This document shows positions 58,148 through 58,389 of a DNA stretch of 58,389 nt, piece by piece (position 1 is the stretch's first letter; the number at the start of each line of letters is the position of its first letter). The stretch spans positions 1-58,389 of the forward strand of contig JALUTT010000040.1 of the NCBI GenBank assembly GCA_027021705.1, written 5' to 3'. The DNA is from Anaerolineae bacterium (lineage in GTDB: Bacteria > Chloroflexota > Anaerolineae > S140-20). The notes beneath the pieces are model-generated. The model was not told where the DNA came from. It saw only the letters and a program-made list of their open reading frames with translations, and ran no database searches. The translations under genes and the position numbers were made by a program.

Positions 58148-58222
58148 CCGTCCGCGAATGGGGCACGAATACACGAATGAAGAGCCGCCCCATTCGTGCA
58201 TTCGTGAGAAATTCGTGGACGG
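58148..58222. repeat. CACGAAT-type long imperfect palindrome
   Basis: CCGTCCGCGAAT..CACGAATACACGAATG pairs with CATTCGTGCATTCGTG..ATTCGTGGACGG. Confidence 0.85.
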
Positions 58223-58389
58223 CCTACCGCGGCCCCTTCCCTTGGGTAATCACCGGTGAGCCGTCGCGAGCGTATCGAGTTGGGGACCTACAGGTCGCCG
58301 AAATGGGCTCTGGGCTTCGTAAAATGGTCGAAAGAGGGGGGCTGAGCTTGCCCATAATGAATTGGAGCCAACCTCGCGAAATCGGGTAC

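Overview
58-kb GC-rich bacterial chromosomal segment. Gene content and protein styles point to an Anaerolineae-like Chloroflexota organism (inference). It holds about 42 CDS. These include a surface-glycan locus, a large FG-GAP/PKD surface protein, and a Vor-type 2-oxoacid:ferredoxin oxidoreductase operon interrupted by a coiled-coil PD-(D/E)XK nuclease gene. There is also an enolase/M24/IolB/GalU/GHMP-kinase operon, tsaD, era, bS22 and several kinases and regulators. A visibly more AT-rich four-gene block encodes two membrane-anchored STAND-type NTPases, a Ser/Thr kinase-TPR receptor and a secreted Kelch-DUF11 protein. I saw no rRNA, tRNA, CRISPR, integrase, transposase or reverse transcriptase. 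The main unexplained signals are mostly non-coding: (1) six dispersed 94-95 bp elements with 13-bp terminal inverted repeats; (2) a stand-alone ~185-nt transcription unit with an extended Shine-Dalgarno and a loop-displayed anti-SD; (3) an ~11-bp-periodic CTAA promoter motif shared by three envelope loci; (4) mosaic 7/8-mer tandem-repeat tracts in gene leaders; (5) a small adaptor protein with a RHIM-like motif. All calls come from reading the sequence by eye; no searches were run.
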